From the NCBI GenBank assembly GCA_945878555.1, contig CAMDWI010000007.1, positions 67,698-131,697 on the forward strand: 64,000 nucleotides of DNA, given 5' to 3'. How positions within the stretch are numbered: position 1 is the first letter of the stretch; every line of letters begins with the position of its first letter. Positions 43,073 through 53,912 of the stretch are shown here, piece by piece. Under the pieces are notes generated by a model. The model did not search any database, was not told the DNA's origin, and saw only the letters and a program-made list of their open reading frames with translations. This stretch comes from Klebsiella pneumoniae. GTDB lineage: Bacteria; Pseudomonadota; Gammaproteobacteria; Eutrophobiales; Eutrophobiaceae. A program made the translations under genes and the position numbers.

Positions 43073-43627
43073 ATGCTGAATTATAATGAGTTAAGCGAGT
43101 TATTGCGACTGTCCGACGCTGCAGCTCATGCCGCTGATTGTCATGGATTTTTGTGCGGCCATCTGTGTGTCAATGACACACCTGACCCGGAGATCTGGGA
43201 AGAGTATCTGGATCTGCAGACAGAAGTGGACTCCCTGGTCGATGAGTGCCGTGAAGAGATCGAGCTGCTGCTGACGGAAACCCGAAGGAACCTGGATGCA
43301 CCTGAACTGGATTTTCATCCGCTGTTACCTGACGACGATGCGCCACTGGCAGACCGTGTCGTAGCGCTCAGTGAGTGGTGTTATGGTTTCCTCAACGGAT
43401 TTGCGTTGGGACAACATTCTGCAACTGTGTTGGGAAATGAGGAAGGCAAGGAACTGATCGAAAACTTCACCCGTGTTTGCCAGCTCGAGGCCAGTGAAAT
43501 GGCGGATGAAAGCGACGAACAGGCATTGTTTGAACTGGTGGAATATGTACGCATCGGCGCAATTTATATCTATGACCTGCTGCAACCTTCCGGTGTGGCA
43601 GCCGACAAACCGGAGACCTACCATTAA
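43073..43627 (+). CDS. UPF0149 family protein (YgfB-like)
   Basis: CHGFLCG, LLPDDD, WCYGFL.GF, ELVEYVR; upstream of pepP. Confidence 0.88.
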   Translation: MLNYNELSELLRLSDAAAHAADCHGFLCGHLCVNDTPDPEIWEEYLDLQTEVDSLVDECREEIELLLTETRRNLDAPELDFHPLLPDDDAPLADRVVALSEWCYGFLNGFALGQHSATVLGNEEGKELIENFTRVCQLEASEMADESDEQALFELVEYVRIGAIYIYDLLQPSGVAADKPETYH

Positions 43628-44937
43628 TGGATAAAAAGGAATATTCACGGCGCCGGAAACGGCTGATGGACATGATGGGTGACCAGAGTGTTGCCATTAT
43701 ACCCACCTCACCAGTGTCGATACGTAATCGCGATGTAGAGTTTTCATTCCGGCCCGAGAGTGATTTTTATTACCTGACCGGATATTCCGAACCCGAAGCG
43801 GTCGCCGTACTCATACCCGATCGGCATCACGGAGAATATGTGCTGTTCTGTCGTGAACGGGATGAAAAGATGGAAATCTGGAACGGGCGACGTGCCGGAC
43901 TTGAAGGTGCCTGTGATATATACGGTGCCAATGATGCATTCCCGATTGAGGACATGGACGATATCCTGCCAGGATTGCTGGAGGATCGGGAACGCATCTA
44001 CTACACAATGGGTAATAATGCACCGTTTGATCATCGGGTGCTCGGCTGGGTCAATCAGGTACGCAAACGCATCCGAACCGGGGTCAAATCGCCGGACGAG
44101 TTTATTTCGCTGAACCACCTGCTGCACGAGATGCGTCTGTTCAAAAGCCGTGATGAAGTTTCACTGATGCGCAAGGCGGCGAAGATCGCCGCCAGTGCAC
44201 ACAAACGTGCAATGCGTATATGCAAACCCGGCATGATGGAATACCAGATTGAGGCAGAATTACTCCATGAGTTCATGCTGAATGGTGCACGTTCTCCGGC
44301 CTATCCGTCCATCGTCGGTGGAGGTGCAAACAGCTGCATCCTGCACTACACCGAAAACTCGGACGAACTGAAAGACGGTGACATCCTGCTGATCGACGCG
44401 GGGGCAGAATACGGTAACTACGCCAGTGATATATCGCGCACCTTCCCGGTCAACGGTACCTACTCACGCGAACAACGCCAGATCTATGAACTGGTACTCG
44501 ACGCCAATCTGGCAGCAATCAACGAGGTAAAGCCCGGCAACCACTGGAATGACCCCCACGATACCGCCGTCAATGTACTGACCGAGGGCCTGTTGTCACT
44601 GGGCATCCTCAAAGGCAAGTTGTCTGCCCTGATCAAGGAACAGGCCTACAAGAAATATTTCATGCACCGCACCGGCCACTGGCTGGGTATGGATGTGCAC
44701 GATGTGGGTGATTACAAGCTGGACGGTGAATGGCGCAAACTGGAGCCCGGCATGGTAACAACAATCGAACCAGGTTTATATTTCTCGCCGCACAAGGGAC
44801 TGTCGAGCAAATGGTGGAACATCGGTGTGCGCATCGAAGATGACGTGCTGGTCACCCGCGATGGTAATGAGGTAATGACCCGGGATGTACCCAAGGCGGT
44901 TGACGAGATTGAGGCATTGATGGCGGGTGCCGGTTGA
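43627..44937 (+). CDS. pepP: Xaa-Pro aminopeptidase
   Basis: SDFYYLTG, LIDAG, DISRTFP, HWLGMDVHD, TIEPG, GVRIEDD. Confidence 0.96.
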   Translation: MDKKEYSRRRKRLMDMMGDQSVAIIPTSPVSIRNRDVEFSFRPESDFYYLTGYSEPEAVAVLIPDRHHGEYVLFCRERDEKMEIWNGRRAGLEGACDIYGANDAFPIEDMDDILPGLLEDRERIYYTMGNNAPFDHRVLGWVNQVRKRIRTGVKSPDEFISLNHLLHEMRLFKSRDEVSLMRKAAKIAASAHKRAMRICKPGMMEYQIEAELLHEFMLNGARSPAYPSIVGGGANSCILHYTENSDELKDGDILLIDAGAEYGNYASDISRTFPVNGTYSREQRQIYELVLDANLAAINEVKPGNHWNDPHDTAVNVLTEGLLSLGILKGKLSALIKEQAYKKYFMHRTGHWLGMDVHDVGDYKLDGEWRKLEPGMVTTIEPGLYFSPHKGLSSKWWNIGVRIEDDVLVTRDGNEVMTRDVPKAVDEIEALMAGAG

Positions 44938-44970
44938 TACTGTGGCCATTGTTACAAGACAATCCGAAAG

Positions 44971-45169
44971 GATCGGTACCCCGGTATGCTTGTTCAAGAC
45001 ACGCCGTAAATACATCCATGTAGGCTCGGGTGCCGCTTTCATCGCTGCGCGTCCCGCTACGCTCGAAAGTCCAGCCCGGTACATCCCTGTACCGGGCGCA
45101 AGCGGCTCCTTAACCCGCCGCTTGCCCATGCGGCACACGGTCTCTCACAAGCATACCGGGGTACCGATC
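44971..45169 (-). repeat. Dispersed structured intergenic element, copy 3, with ~89-nt nested insertion
   Basis: Perfect 22-bp arms GATCGGTACCCCGGTATGCTTG / CAAGCATACCGGGGTACCGATC; same core, one loop expanded at 45037-45125. Confidence 0.92.
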
Positions 45170-45189
45170 TGACATATCCCGCAAAACTG

Positions 45190-46419
45190 TTGGAGGGCGA
45201 TTACGACATCGCGATCATCGGCGGCGGCCTCGCCGGCGCGAGCCTGGCTTGCAGTCTGGCCGGCCAGTCCCTGCGTATTGCCGTCATTGAACAGGTAGCG
45301 GCAGATGCAGATGAGCAGCCCAGTTATGATGACCGCGGACTGGCGCTGGCGCTGTCATCGCAACGTATCCTGAATGCCATTGGCGTCTGGCCCGATCTCG
45401 CAGCACGATCAGTACCTATCCACCATATCCATATCAGTGAAAAGGGCCGGTTTGGAATGGTGCATTTACATGCCGCTGATCTGGATCTGGCCGCACTTGG
45501 CCATGTGGTGATGGCACGTGACCTCGGGGCGGCGCTGTTACGCAAGACGACCTCACTGACAAACACTGACTTTATCTGCCCTGCCAGCGTTACCGATATC
45601 CGGAATACAGGACCGGTTATTGAAGTGGATTATCGACATAACGAACAGTTGTCGACATTACGTTGCAGACTGCTGGTCGGCGCAGACGGTACAGGATCTG
45701 CAATACGCAACAAACTGGGCATAGAAACAACTGTGAAGGATTATGGACAGACTGCCATTGTCTCGAATGTGACACCGGAGCTGGCGCATAACAATACCGC
45801 CTATGAACGCTTTACCCCCCAGGGGCCGATCGCGATGTTGCCTGTTTCTGAAGGGCGCTGTGTAGCCGTACATATCGTTGCCAGCAGACTGAAGGACGAT
45901 TATCTGGCGCTGGACGACGCTGCCTATCTGGACACGATACAACAGGATTTTGGCACGCGGCTGGGACGTATGCAGAAGTCAGGCAAGCGCAAGAGTTATC
46001 CGATCCGGCTGGTTCAGGCGAACCGGCAATATACTGAACGCGCTGTGTTACTCGGCAACTCGGTACACACGATACACCCGAACGGCGCACAGGGTTTTAA
46101 TCTGGGCCTGCGGGATACCGCTGCACTGGCTGAACATATTATCGAGGCGGTGCAGCGTGGTGATGACCCTGGCAGCGTGCATGTACTGGAGACATACACA
46201 CATGCTCGTCTGCAGGACCAGTCCCGAGTAGTGCGATTTAGCGATACGATTGCCGGCATGTTCTATAACGACAATCCGGTAAAGGTGCTGATCAGAAACC
46301 TCGGAATGCTCGCACTCGACCTGTCCCTGCCGATGAAACGGCGACTCATCCGCCAGGCAACCGGCCTGGCAGGCAGACAAGCTGCGCTGGTCAGGCAGGG
46401 CATGGATACGCTGCGATGA
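45190..46419 (+). CDS. ubiH: 2-octaprenyl-6-methoxyphenol hydroxylase
   Basis: IIGGGLAG, PSYDDR..AL, AYERFT..GP, GNSVHTIHP.GAQGFNLG; pepP-ubiH synteny. Confidence 0.9.
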   Translation: MEGDYDIAIIGGGLAGASLACSLAGQSLRIAVIEQVAADADEQPSYDDRGLALALSSQRILNAIGVWPDLAARSVPIHHIHISEKGRFGMVHLHAADLDLAALGHVVMARDLGAALLRKTTSLTNTDFICPASVTDIRNTGPVIEVDYRHNEQLSTLRCRLLVGADGTGSAIRNKLGIETTVKDYGQTAIVSNVTPELAHNNTAYERFTPQGPIAMLPVSEGRCVAVHIVASRLKDDYLALDDAAYLDTIQQDFGTRLGRMQKSGKRKSYPIRLVQANRQYTERAVLLGNSVHTIHPNGAQGFNLGLRDTAALAEHIIEAVQRGDDPGSVHVLETYTHARLQDQSRVVRFSDTIAGMFYNDNPVKVLIRNLGMLALDLSLPMKRRLIRQATGLAGRQAALVRQGMDTLR

Positions 46420-47651
46420 GACTTTACCAGACCGAGGTTGCCATCGCCGGTGCCGGACTGAGTGGCCGAACGCTGGCTAACCTGTTGTCCCGCAATGGTG
46501 TCTCCAGCGTTATAGTCGATACGACCAGGGCAGTTCCGGCAAACACCGTAACTGTTCCGGATCCACGGACACTTGCAATCACGCCGGCGTCGGCCAATAT
46601 CCTTGCTTCTATACATATCTGGCAGCGGCTTCCACGTGAACGTATCGGCACATTCAGCCAGATGCATGTCTGGGACGAAACCACCGGCAGTGAGATCCGG
46701 TTTGACAGTGCCGAGATCTGTGAACCTGCACTTGGATACATCATTGAACAACAGTTACTGGAACAACAGCTGGAACAGGCCTGCACCTACCTGCCAGACT
46801 GCACCTCGATCCGTCACTGTCAAATCGCGTCGATCGTGAACAGTGAGGCAGGAATCGGACTGGAACTGACGAACGGAGATCGCATCCAGGCGGAGTTACT
46901 GGTCGCTGCAGATGGGAGCCATTCCCCGGTCCGCAAACTGGCCGGACTGGATGGTGCACGTCATGATTACCACCAGCAGGCCATTACCTGCACGGTGACC
47001 AGCCGCCTCGCACATGAGAATGTCGCCCGACAACGTTTCCTGTCTACCGGACCACTCGCCTTCCTGCCACTGGCAGACCCGCACCGTTGCGGTATTGTCT
47101 GGTCTACCACACCGGAACACGCCAGGGAACTGCTGGCGATGGAAGAACCCGGATTTTGCCTGGCCCTGCAACAGGCCTTCGAACACCGGCTGGGCGAGAT
47201 CACCTCCTGCGGGAAGCGTGGAGGATTCAACCTGTACAGCGCCAATGCACCCGCTTATATCGCTGACAGGCTGGCACTGGTCGGTGATGCCGCCCACACA
47301 ATACATCCTCTGGCCGGTCAGGGCGCCAATATGGGACTACTCGATGTTGCCGTGTTGTCGGAGCTTATCCTGGAAGCCAGGGCCAGACAGCGTGCGATTT
47401 ACTCACGGCAGCTGTTGCGGCGTTATGAACGCTGGCGCAGAACGGATAATCATTGTATGCAACTGGGGCTGGACGGGATAAAAACACTGTTCGCCTCCCG
47501 GAACAACGCACTCGTGAACCTGCGCCGGTTTGGGCTGGATACAGTAAATTCGATTCCCTGGATAAAATCCGCGATAATGCAACACGCGATGGGACTGGAA
47601 GGAGACCTTCCGGTCACTGCAAAACGACCCATGCACCCCGAGATGATTTAA
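46416..47651 (+). CDS. ubiI: UbiI/VisC-family FAD-dependent ubiquinone biosynthesis hydroxylase
   Basis: [32 protein letters not shown]; follows ubiH. Confidence 0.8.
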   Translation: MRLYQTEVAIAGAGLSGRTLANLLSRNGVSSVIVDTTRAVPANTVTVPDPRTLAITPASANILASIHIWQRLPRERIGTFSQMHVWDETTGSEIRFDSAEICEPALGYIIEQQLLEQQLEQACTYLPDCTSIRHCQIASIVNSEAGIGLELTNGDRIQAELLVAADGSHSPVRKLAGLDGARHDYHQQAITCTVTSRLAHENVARQRFLSTGPLAFLPLADPHRCGIVWSTTPEHARELLAMEEPGFCLALQQAFEHRLGEITSCGKRGGFNLYSANAPAYIADRLALVGDAAHTIHPLAGQGANMGLLDVAVLSELILEARARQRAIYSRQLLRRYERWRRTDNHCMQLGLDGIKTLFASRNNALVNLRRFGLDTVNSIPWIKSAIMQHAMGLEGDLPVTAKRPMHPEMI

Positions 47652-49324
47652 TGACTGAAACAAGCAATACCGCCAGCTCGAATTTTATCCGTCGCATAAT
47701 TGAAACCGACCTGGAAAATAACAGCACGGCTGGCCGGGTACATACCCGATTTCCACCGGAACCCAATGGCTACCTGCATATAGGCCATGCCAAATCGATC
47801 TGTATCAATTTCGGGCTGGCGCATGAGTTCAAGGGCAAATGCAACCTGCGATTCGACGACACCAACCCCGAGAAGGAGGATGTCGAATACGTTGAGTCGA
47901 TCATTGAGGACGTACGCTGGCTCGGCTTTGACTGGGAAGACCGTAAGTACTTCGCCTCCGACTATTTCGAGCAATTATATAAATATGCCGTGCAATTGAT
48001 CCGTCTGGACAAGGCATACGTCGACGAACTGAACGCCGACCAGATACGTGAATATCGCGGCACCCTGACCGAACCGGGTCGACCCAGCCCGTGGCGGGAT
48101 CGCCCCGCCAGCGAGAGTATCGACCTGTTTGAAAGAATGAAGCTGGGCGAGTTTGCTGACGGTCAGTATGTCGTCCGTGCAAAAATCGATATGGCCTCAC
48201 CTAACCTGAACATGCGTGACCCGGTCATCTTCCGTATACGTAATGCCCATCATCATCGTACCGGTAATACCTGGAAGATCTACCCTATGTATGATTATGC
48301 CCACTGCCTGTCCGATGCAATCGAGAACATTACCCATTCGATCTGCACACTTGAATTCGAGGACCACCGCCCGTTATATGACTGGGTGCTGGACACGCTG
48401 CAAACACCGGCACGGCCACATCAGTATGAGTTTGCCCGGTTAAATCTCGACTACACGGTGCTTAGCAAACGCAAACTGATCGAACTGGTCCGGGACCGGC
48501 ATGTCTCCGGCTGGAATGACCCACGGATGCCTACGCTGTCCGGATTACGCCGTCGCGGCTACACGCCGGCCGCACTGCGCAACTTCTGCGAGGTCATCGG
48601 CGTGACCAAAAATGACACCCGTATCGATCCAGTCATCCTTGAGAATGCCTTGAGAGATGACCTTGGCGAGACTGCACAAAGGGCAATGGCCGTTCTGAGG
48701 CCTCTGCGCGTTGTCATTGATAACTACCCTGACTCGACTGAACAGCTGGATGCGATGAACCATCCACAGAAGCCGGAAATGGGTACACGCAAGATACCTT
48801 TCGGCAAGGTCATCTATATCGAGCAGGATGATTTCATGGAAGATGCCCCGAAAAACTTTTACCGGCTTGCCCCTGGCCGTGAAGTCCGGCTCCGCTATGC
48901 GTATCTGTTGACCTGCCGTGAGGTAATCAAAAACAGCGCTGGCGAGATTATTGAATTACGCTGCACCTATGACCCCGAGACCCGGGGTGGTAATGCACCG
49001 GACGGCAGGAAGGTGAAAGGGACGATTCATTGGGTCGCCGAGACCGGCGCTATCCGGGCCGAGGTGCGACTCTACGACCGTCTGTTCACCATTGCCAATC
49101 CTGAAAAACAGGAAGACTGGAAGGCGTCATTTAACATGGCGTCCATAGAAACACTGAACAACTGCATGCTTGAACCGTCCCTGCAGGACGCAAACGTCGG
49201 GGTTTCCTACCAGTTTGAAAGACTCGGTTATTTTGCAGCAGACCCGGTCGAGCATACGGTAAATAAACCGGTATTCAACCGCTCAGTAACATTGAAGGAC
49301 ACCTGGGCGAAAGTTTCTAGATAA
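47651..49324 (+). CDS. glnS: Glutamine--tRNA ligase
   Basis: [30 protein letters not shown]; real start ATG 47651. Confidence 0.97.
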   Translation: MTETSNTASSNFIRRIIETDLENNSTAGRVHTRFPPEPNGYLHIGHAKSICINFGLAHEFKGKCNLRFDDTNPEKEDVEYVESIIEDVRWLGFDWEDRKYFASDYFEQLYKYAVQLIRLDKAYVDELNADQIREYRGTLTEPGRPSPWRDRPASESIDLFERMKLGEFADGQYVVRAKIDMASPNLNMRDPVIFRIRNAHHHRTGNTWKIYPMYDYAHCLSDAIENITHSICTLEFEDHRPLYDWVLDTLQTPARPHQYEFARLNLDYTVLSKRKLIELVRDRHVSGWNDPRMPTLSGLRRRGYTPAALRNFCEVIGVTKNDTRIDPVILENALRDDLGETAQRAMAVLRPLRVVIDNYPDSTEQLDAMNHPQKPEMGTRKIPFGKVIYIEQDDFMEDAPKNFYRLAPGREVRLRYAYLLTCREVIKNSAGEIIELRCTYDPETRGGNAPDGRKVKGTIHWVAETGAIRAEVRLYDRLFTIANPEKQEDWKASFNMASIETLNNCMLEPSLQDANVGVSYQFERLGYFAADPVEHTVNKPVFNRSVTLKDTWAKVSR

Positions 49325-49352
49325 CTGTTCCAGATTCCCACGAAAACCGGGA

Positions 49353-49464
49353 ATCAGCCGTCTGGTTATAATTGTGAAAGACCGTTAGCCGCATGGATGC
49401 GGCGCTCGAGCGTACATGGATGTATTCACAGCGTGTCTTGAACGATTATAACCAGACGGCTGAT
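49353..49464 (+). repeat. Dispersed structured intergenic element, copy 4 (GGA-loop strand +)
   Basis: Arms ATCAGCCGTCTGGTTATAATTG / CGATTATAACCAGACGGCTGAT; two ATGGAT loops. Confidence 0.92.
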
Positions 49465-49489
49465 CTGGCAGGATGTACGGATCGGTTCT

Positions 49490-50275
49490 TTAAATATTCC
49501 GGCCGTAGAAAATCTCGTTCATCTCCTGCTTCAGACTTGTCTCAATCCGTTCGCGCTGGTCTTTTTTAAGGTCATCAGCCTCGACGTGGAACAGGTAGGT
49601 GTTCAGATCGAAATCTTTCAGCAACATCTTCGTATGGAAGATGTTTTCCTGATAGATATTCACATCGATCATCTGGTAACGGTCCTGTGTCTCCTGATCA
49701 ATGTAATTCTGTATTGAATTTATCTGGTGATCAATAAAGTGCTTGTTGCCTATGACATCACGGGTAAATCCGCGTACGCGGTAGTCTATCGTCAGGATGT
49801 CTGACTCGAAACTGTGGATCAGGAAGTTCAGGGCCTTCAGTGGCGAGATCATGCCGCAGGTACTGACATCGATGTCGGCGCGGAATGTACTGATACCGAA
49901 ATCCGGATGACTCTCGGGGTAGGTGTGCACAGTGAGGTGACTCTTGTCGAGATGTGCAACGACCGCCTCAGGGACCGGTCCTGGTTCCTCGCTATTGTTC
50001 ATACCTTCGGGTGCATGGCCTTCCTCTGATATCAGAATGGTCACACTCGCACCCAGCGGGTCATAATCTGCCTTGGCAATATTCAGGATCTTGGCACCGA
50101 TAATATTGGCAACATCTTCCAGGATCTGGGTCAACCGCTCGGCGTTATAGGCCTCGTCGATATAGTCCATGTATTCCTGGTTCTGCGCATCGGTAACCGC
50201 ATAGCAAACATCATAGATGTTGAAGCTGAGGGTCTTGGTCAGATTGTTAAAGCCGTGTAGACGTATTTTATCCAT
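49490..50275 (-). CDS. speD: S-adenosylmethionine decarboxylase proenzyme (class 1A, E. coli type)
   Basis: [23 protein letters not shown] cleavage site, DVSTCG. Confidence 0.96.
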   Translation of the reverse strand: MDKIRLHGFNNLTKTLSFNIYDVCYAVTDAQNQEYMDYIDEAYNAERLTQILEDVANIIGAKILNIAKADYDPLGASVTILISEEGHAPEGMNNSEEPGPVPEAVVAHLDKSHLTVHTYPESHPDFGISTFRADIDVSTCGMISPLKALNFLIHSFESDILTIDYRVRGFTRDVIGNKHFIDHQINSIQNYIDQETQDRYQMIDVNIYQENIFHTKMLLKDFDLNTYLFHVEADDLKKDQRERIETSLKQEMNEIFYGRNI

Positions 50276-50429
50276 TCACGAGTTCCGCCATGAGTGGTTG
50301 GAAGAAGTTGTTCAAGCGCACGCACATTACACGAGACTCATTACATATTAAAGAAAAAACTTCCATTTATTTGGCACACGCGCCCAAGGTGTGGGAAAAT
50401 GGCAATAAAACCGCTGGAATACTAACCTG

Positions 50430-51326
50430 ATGAAACCTGAAACTGACACACTTTACCGCTCCGAAATCAGCAGTCTCAAACTGCTTAACAGTGGCAAGGT
50501 ACGCGATATCTACGCTGTCGATGATCAGCATATGCTGATCGTCACTTCCGATCGCATCTCCGCCTTTGATGTCGTTATGCCGGATCCGATTCCGGGCAAG
50601 GGCAAGGTGCTCACTGCCGTATCGAACTTCTGGTTTGAACGCTTCAGGGATCTGCTGCCGAACCACCTGAGTAATCTCACACTGGAACAGGTGCTGCCTG
50701 ATCCGACAGAAAGACAGCCGATAATAGGCAGGGGCATCGTGGTCAAAAAACTGAAACCGTTACCGGTGGAAGCAATTATCCGTGGCTACCTTATAGGGTC
50801 AGGCTGGAAAGATTACCAGAACAGTGGTGCTGTCTGCGGAATCACGCTGCCAGCGGGCTTGCGTCAGGCTGAAAAACTGGCGGAACCGCTGTTCACACCG
50901 TCCACGAAGGCCGAGATGGGTGCACACGATGAAAACATCAGCTTTGACACCGCCGTTGGCCTGCTCGGACGTGAAGTAGCGGAAAAGGTCCGTGATTGCA
51001 GTCTGCTGATCTATAAAAAGGCTGCTGAATATGCGCTTACACGCGGCATCATCATAGCCGACACCAAGTTTGAGTTCGGACTGGATGACAACGGCGTGGT
51101 TCACCTGATAGACGAGGCGTTGACTCCGGACTCCTCACGGTTCTGGCCGGCAGATTCATATCAGGTTGGTACCAGCCCGCCCAGCTTTGATAAACAATAC
51201 CTGCGTGACTATCTGGAAACACTGGACTGGAACAAGACCGCACCCGGACCGAAACTGCCTGAACACGTTATTGCCAACACGGCGGCCAAATACCGCGAAG
51301 CGCAAACGATACTGACGGGGAAATGA
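50430..51326 (+). CDS. purC: SAICAR synthase
   Basis: [33 protein letters not shown]. Confidence 0.96.
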   Translation: MKPETDTLYRSEISSLKLLNSGKVRDIYAVDDQHMLIVTSDRISAFDVVMPDPIPGKGKVLTAVSNFWFERFRDLLPNHLSNLTLEQVLPDPTERQPIIGRGIVVKKLKPLPVEAIIRGYLIGSGWKDYQNSGAVCGITLPAGLRQAEKLAEPLFTPSTKAEMGAHDENISFDTAVGLLGREVAEKVRDCSLLIYKKAAEYALTRGIIIADTKFEFGLDDNGVVHLIDEALTPDSSRFWPADSYQVGTSPPSFDKQYLRDYLETLDWNKTAPGPKLPEHVIANTAAKYREAQTILTGK

Positions 51327-51334
51327 TGTGAAGT

Positions 51335-51366
51335 GCTGCCAGGCCGAAATTTATCGGCCTGGCAGC
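51335..51366. terminator. Hairpin between convergent purC and fba
   Basis: GCTGCCAGGCCGA-AATTTA-TCGGCCTGGCAGC 13-bp stem; no clear U-tract. Confidence 0.55.
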
Positions 51367-51382
51367 GGGAACCACCCGGGCC

Positions 51383-52402
51383 TTATTTCATGTCCGGGGT
51401 ATATTTGCCCAGACTGGCGTAGCCGTTGCACTTCTCACGGTGCAGCAGGACCTCTTGCGCCTTCGCCACATTCTCAGGCTTGCCGGCCCAGGCCTTCAGA
51501 CATGGCTCCTGCAAGGCACGTCCATACGAGAAGCTGAGCGGCCAGGGCAAGGAAGGATATGCCGCATTCATCGCATTAAGATGGGCCGTTGCCAGCTCGG
51601 CACTCTGACCACCGGAAAGGAACACGATACCGGGGATGATCGCAGGCACTGTCGTGCGCAGGCAGCGCACCGTTTTTTCCGCCACTTCATCTACACTGGC
51701 CTGTACCGGACACAGCTTGCCGGATACGACCATGTTGACCTTCAGGATAGTATGCTCGTACGCAACTCCCTGCTTGTCCAGCTCACTGAACAAGGCCTGT
51801 AGCGTGGAAGCGGTAACGTCATAACAGGTATCTATCGTGTTATCGGCATCCATCAACACTTCCGGTTCGACCATGGGGACAATACCGGCTTCCTGACACA
51901 GGGCCGCGTAGCGGGCCAGTGCATGGGTATTCACGCGGATACAGGCGCTGGTCGGGATACCCTTACCGATCGTGATCACGGCACGCCATTTGGCAAATTT
52001 GGCACCCAGCTGACGGTATTCGACCAGTCTCTCGCGCAAGCCGTCCAGACCTTCGGTAACTACCTCGCCATCAAAACCTGACAGCGCCTTGGTACCCTTG
52101 TCGACCTTGATGCCCGGCATGATACCCTGGTCCATCAGTGCCTTCGGGAACGGTACACCCTTGCTGGTCGACTGCCGCATCGTTTCATCGTACAGAATCA
52201 TGCCGCTGATAAATTCCGCTGAACCCGGTGCGGTGATCAAAAGATCACGGTAGGCACGGCGGTTCTCTTCAGTCGAGGGCAGATTGATCGTCTTGAAGCG
52301 TTTTTCGATGGTTGGCGCACTCTCGTCTATAGCGAGTACACCCTTGCCCTTTGCTACCATCGCTTTGGCTGTTGCTTCCAGTTCTTGTGCATATTTGCTC
52401 AT
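51383..52402 (-). CDS. Fructose-bisphosphate aldolase class I (Schiff-base type)
   Basis: GKGVLAIDES, PGIKVDKG, AKWRAV, VEPEVL, FLSGGQS, FSYGRALQ. Confidence 0.93.
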   Translation of the reverse strand: MSKYAQELEATAKAMVAKGKGVLAIDESAPTIEKRFKTINLPSTEENRRAYRDLLITAPGSAEFISGMILYDETMRQSTSKGVPFPKALMDQGIMPGIKVDKGTKALSGFDGEVVTEGLDGLRERLVEYRQLGAKFAKWRAVITIGKGIPTSACIRVNTHALARYAALCQEAGIVPMVEPEVLMDADNTIDTCYDVTASTLQALFSELDKQGVAYEHTILKVNMVVSGKLCPVQASVDEVAEKTVRCLRTTVPAIIPGIVFLSGGQSAELATAHLNAMNAAYPSLPWPLSFSYGRALQEPCLKAWAGKPENVAKAQEVLLHREKCNGYASLGKYTPDMK

Positions 52403-52444
52403 ATTCAAAACTCCTGTCAGGTCTCTACAGTTCCGGATTATTGA

Positions 52445-53899
52445 TTACTCTAAAAAATGGTCCACATCAGGGATGATGTCGCCGGCCCTGACTATCTTCA
52501 TGTTGTTTGTACCACCACGGCGACCACGCAGGTCGCCCTTGGTGATAATGACAAGTTCGCCATCCCTCACAAAATTGCGTTCGGTCAACTCTGCCACCAG
52601 TTCCTGGTTGATCTTCACAGTATCGGTACTGGTTACGTCAAAAAGGATCGGATAAACACCACGGTAAAGCTTGACCTTGCGCATCGTATTCAAATGGCGG
52701 GTAAAGGCAAAGATGGGTATACCGGAACTGATGCGTGACATAAACAACGCTGTCGAACCGGTTTCAGTCAGGGCAGCTATCGCACTGGCACCAATATGAT
52801 TGGCCGCATACATGGTCGACATGGCGATTGCCTCACCAATATTATCGAAACGAGTGTTGATACGATGGTCAGAGACCCTGATTGCGCGCTGCTTTTCCGT
52901 CTCCTCACAGATATTCGCCATCGCCTGCACAACCTTGACCGGATACAGACCCATACTGGTTTCGCCAGACAACATCACCGCGTCGGTACCATCGAGAACC
53001 GCATTGGCCACGTCAAACACCTCGGCACGGGTCGGCGTCTGGTTTTCGATCATCGACTCCATCATCTGGGTAGCGGTAATAACGGCCGTATCCATCTCGC
53101 GTGCCAGATTGATCAGACGTTTCTGAACTGGCGGCAGCGCTGCGTCACCGATTTCCACACCCAGGTCACCCCGGGCAATCATGATCGCATCGGCCGCACT
53201 GATAATCTGTTCGGCATTGTGCAATGCCTCGGTACGCTCCATCTTTGCAATAATGTGCGCGTGGCTCTTCAGCTTTTTCAGATGGGCCCGGGGAATGGAG
53301 ATGTCCTTTGCCGATTTGACGAAGGAGACAGCGATATAATCGACACCCATGCTGACCGCATGCACCAGATCAGAAATGTCCTTTTCGGTCAGGCCGTCTG
53401 TCGACAAACCACCACCCTGCAGGTTGATGCCCTTGCTGTTGGACAGCTCTCCACCAACAACGGTGAAACAATGAATCTCGGAGCCTTTCACCTTTTCAAC
53501 TTCGAGAACGATTCTGCCGTCATCCAGCAACAACCGGTTACCGCGTTTTACGTCCTTGGCCAGTTTTTTATAGGTGACACCAACACGATCCTTGCTACCG
53601 GCACCCGGATCCAGCTGGGTATCGAGGATGAACGGATCATTCTCCTTCAGAAAGATCTTGCCACGCTTGAAACGCTCAAGCCGGATTTTCGGACCTTGCA
53701 GATCGGCGATAATACCGGTCTCTATACCTACTTTCGCAGAGAGCTCACGAACCTGGCGGATACGAACCTCATGCGATTTATGGTTCTGGTGTGAATAATT
53801 CATCCTGAACAGATCAACCCCCGAGAGGATCAGTTGTTCAAGTATTTTCGGATCGTCCGTTGCCGGACCGAGTGTGGCTATAATCTTCGTTCTGCGCAT
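52445..53899 (-). CDS. pyk: Pyruvate kinase
   Basis: MRRTKIIATLGPAT, DLQGPKIR, ARGDLGVE, TRAEVFDVANA. Confidence 0.97.
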   Translation of the reverse strand: MRRTKIIATLGPATDDPKILEQLILSGVDLFRMNYSHQNHKSHEVRIRQVRELSAKVGIETGIIADLQGPKIRLERFKRGKIFLKENDPFILDTQLDPGAGSKDRVGVTYKKLAKDVKRGNRLLLDDGRIVLEVEKVKGSEIHCFTVVGGELSNSKGINLQGGGLSTDGLTEKDISDLVHAVSMGVDYIAVSFVKSAKDISIPRAHLKKLKSHAHIIAKMERTEALHNAEQIISAADAIMIARGDLGVEIGDAALPPVQKRLINLAREMDTAVITATQMMESMIENQTPTRAEVFDVANAVLDGTDAVMLSGETSMGLYPVKVVQAMANICEETEKQRAIRVSDHRINTRFDNIGEAIAMSTMYAANHIGASAIAALTETGSTALFMSRISSGIPIFAFTRHLNTMRKVKLYRGVYPILFDVTSTDTVKINQELVAELTERNFVRDGELVIITKGDLRGRRGGTNNMKIVRAGDIIPDVDHFLE

Positions 53900-53912
53900 T
53901 TTTTCCTTTCTT

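Noticed and set aside
44927-45172. 81-aa ORF spanning the pepP-ubiH gap
   Set aside because: Coincides with repeat copy 3; open frame is a by-product of the GC-rich structured element
47453-47650. 66-aa N-terminal extension of GlnS in the ORF track
   Set aside because: Overlaps ubiI; conserved GlnS sequence begins at ATG 47651
52796-53794. 332-aa ORF on + strand
   Set aside because: Antisense shadow of pyk
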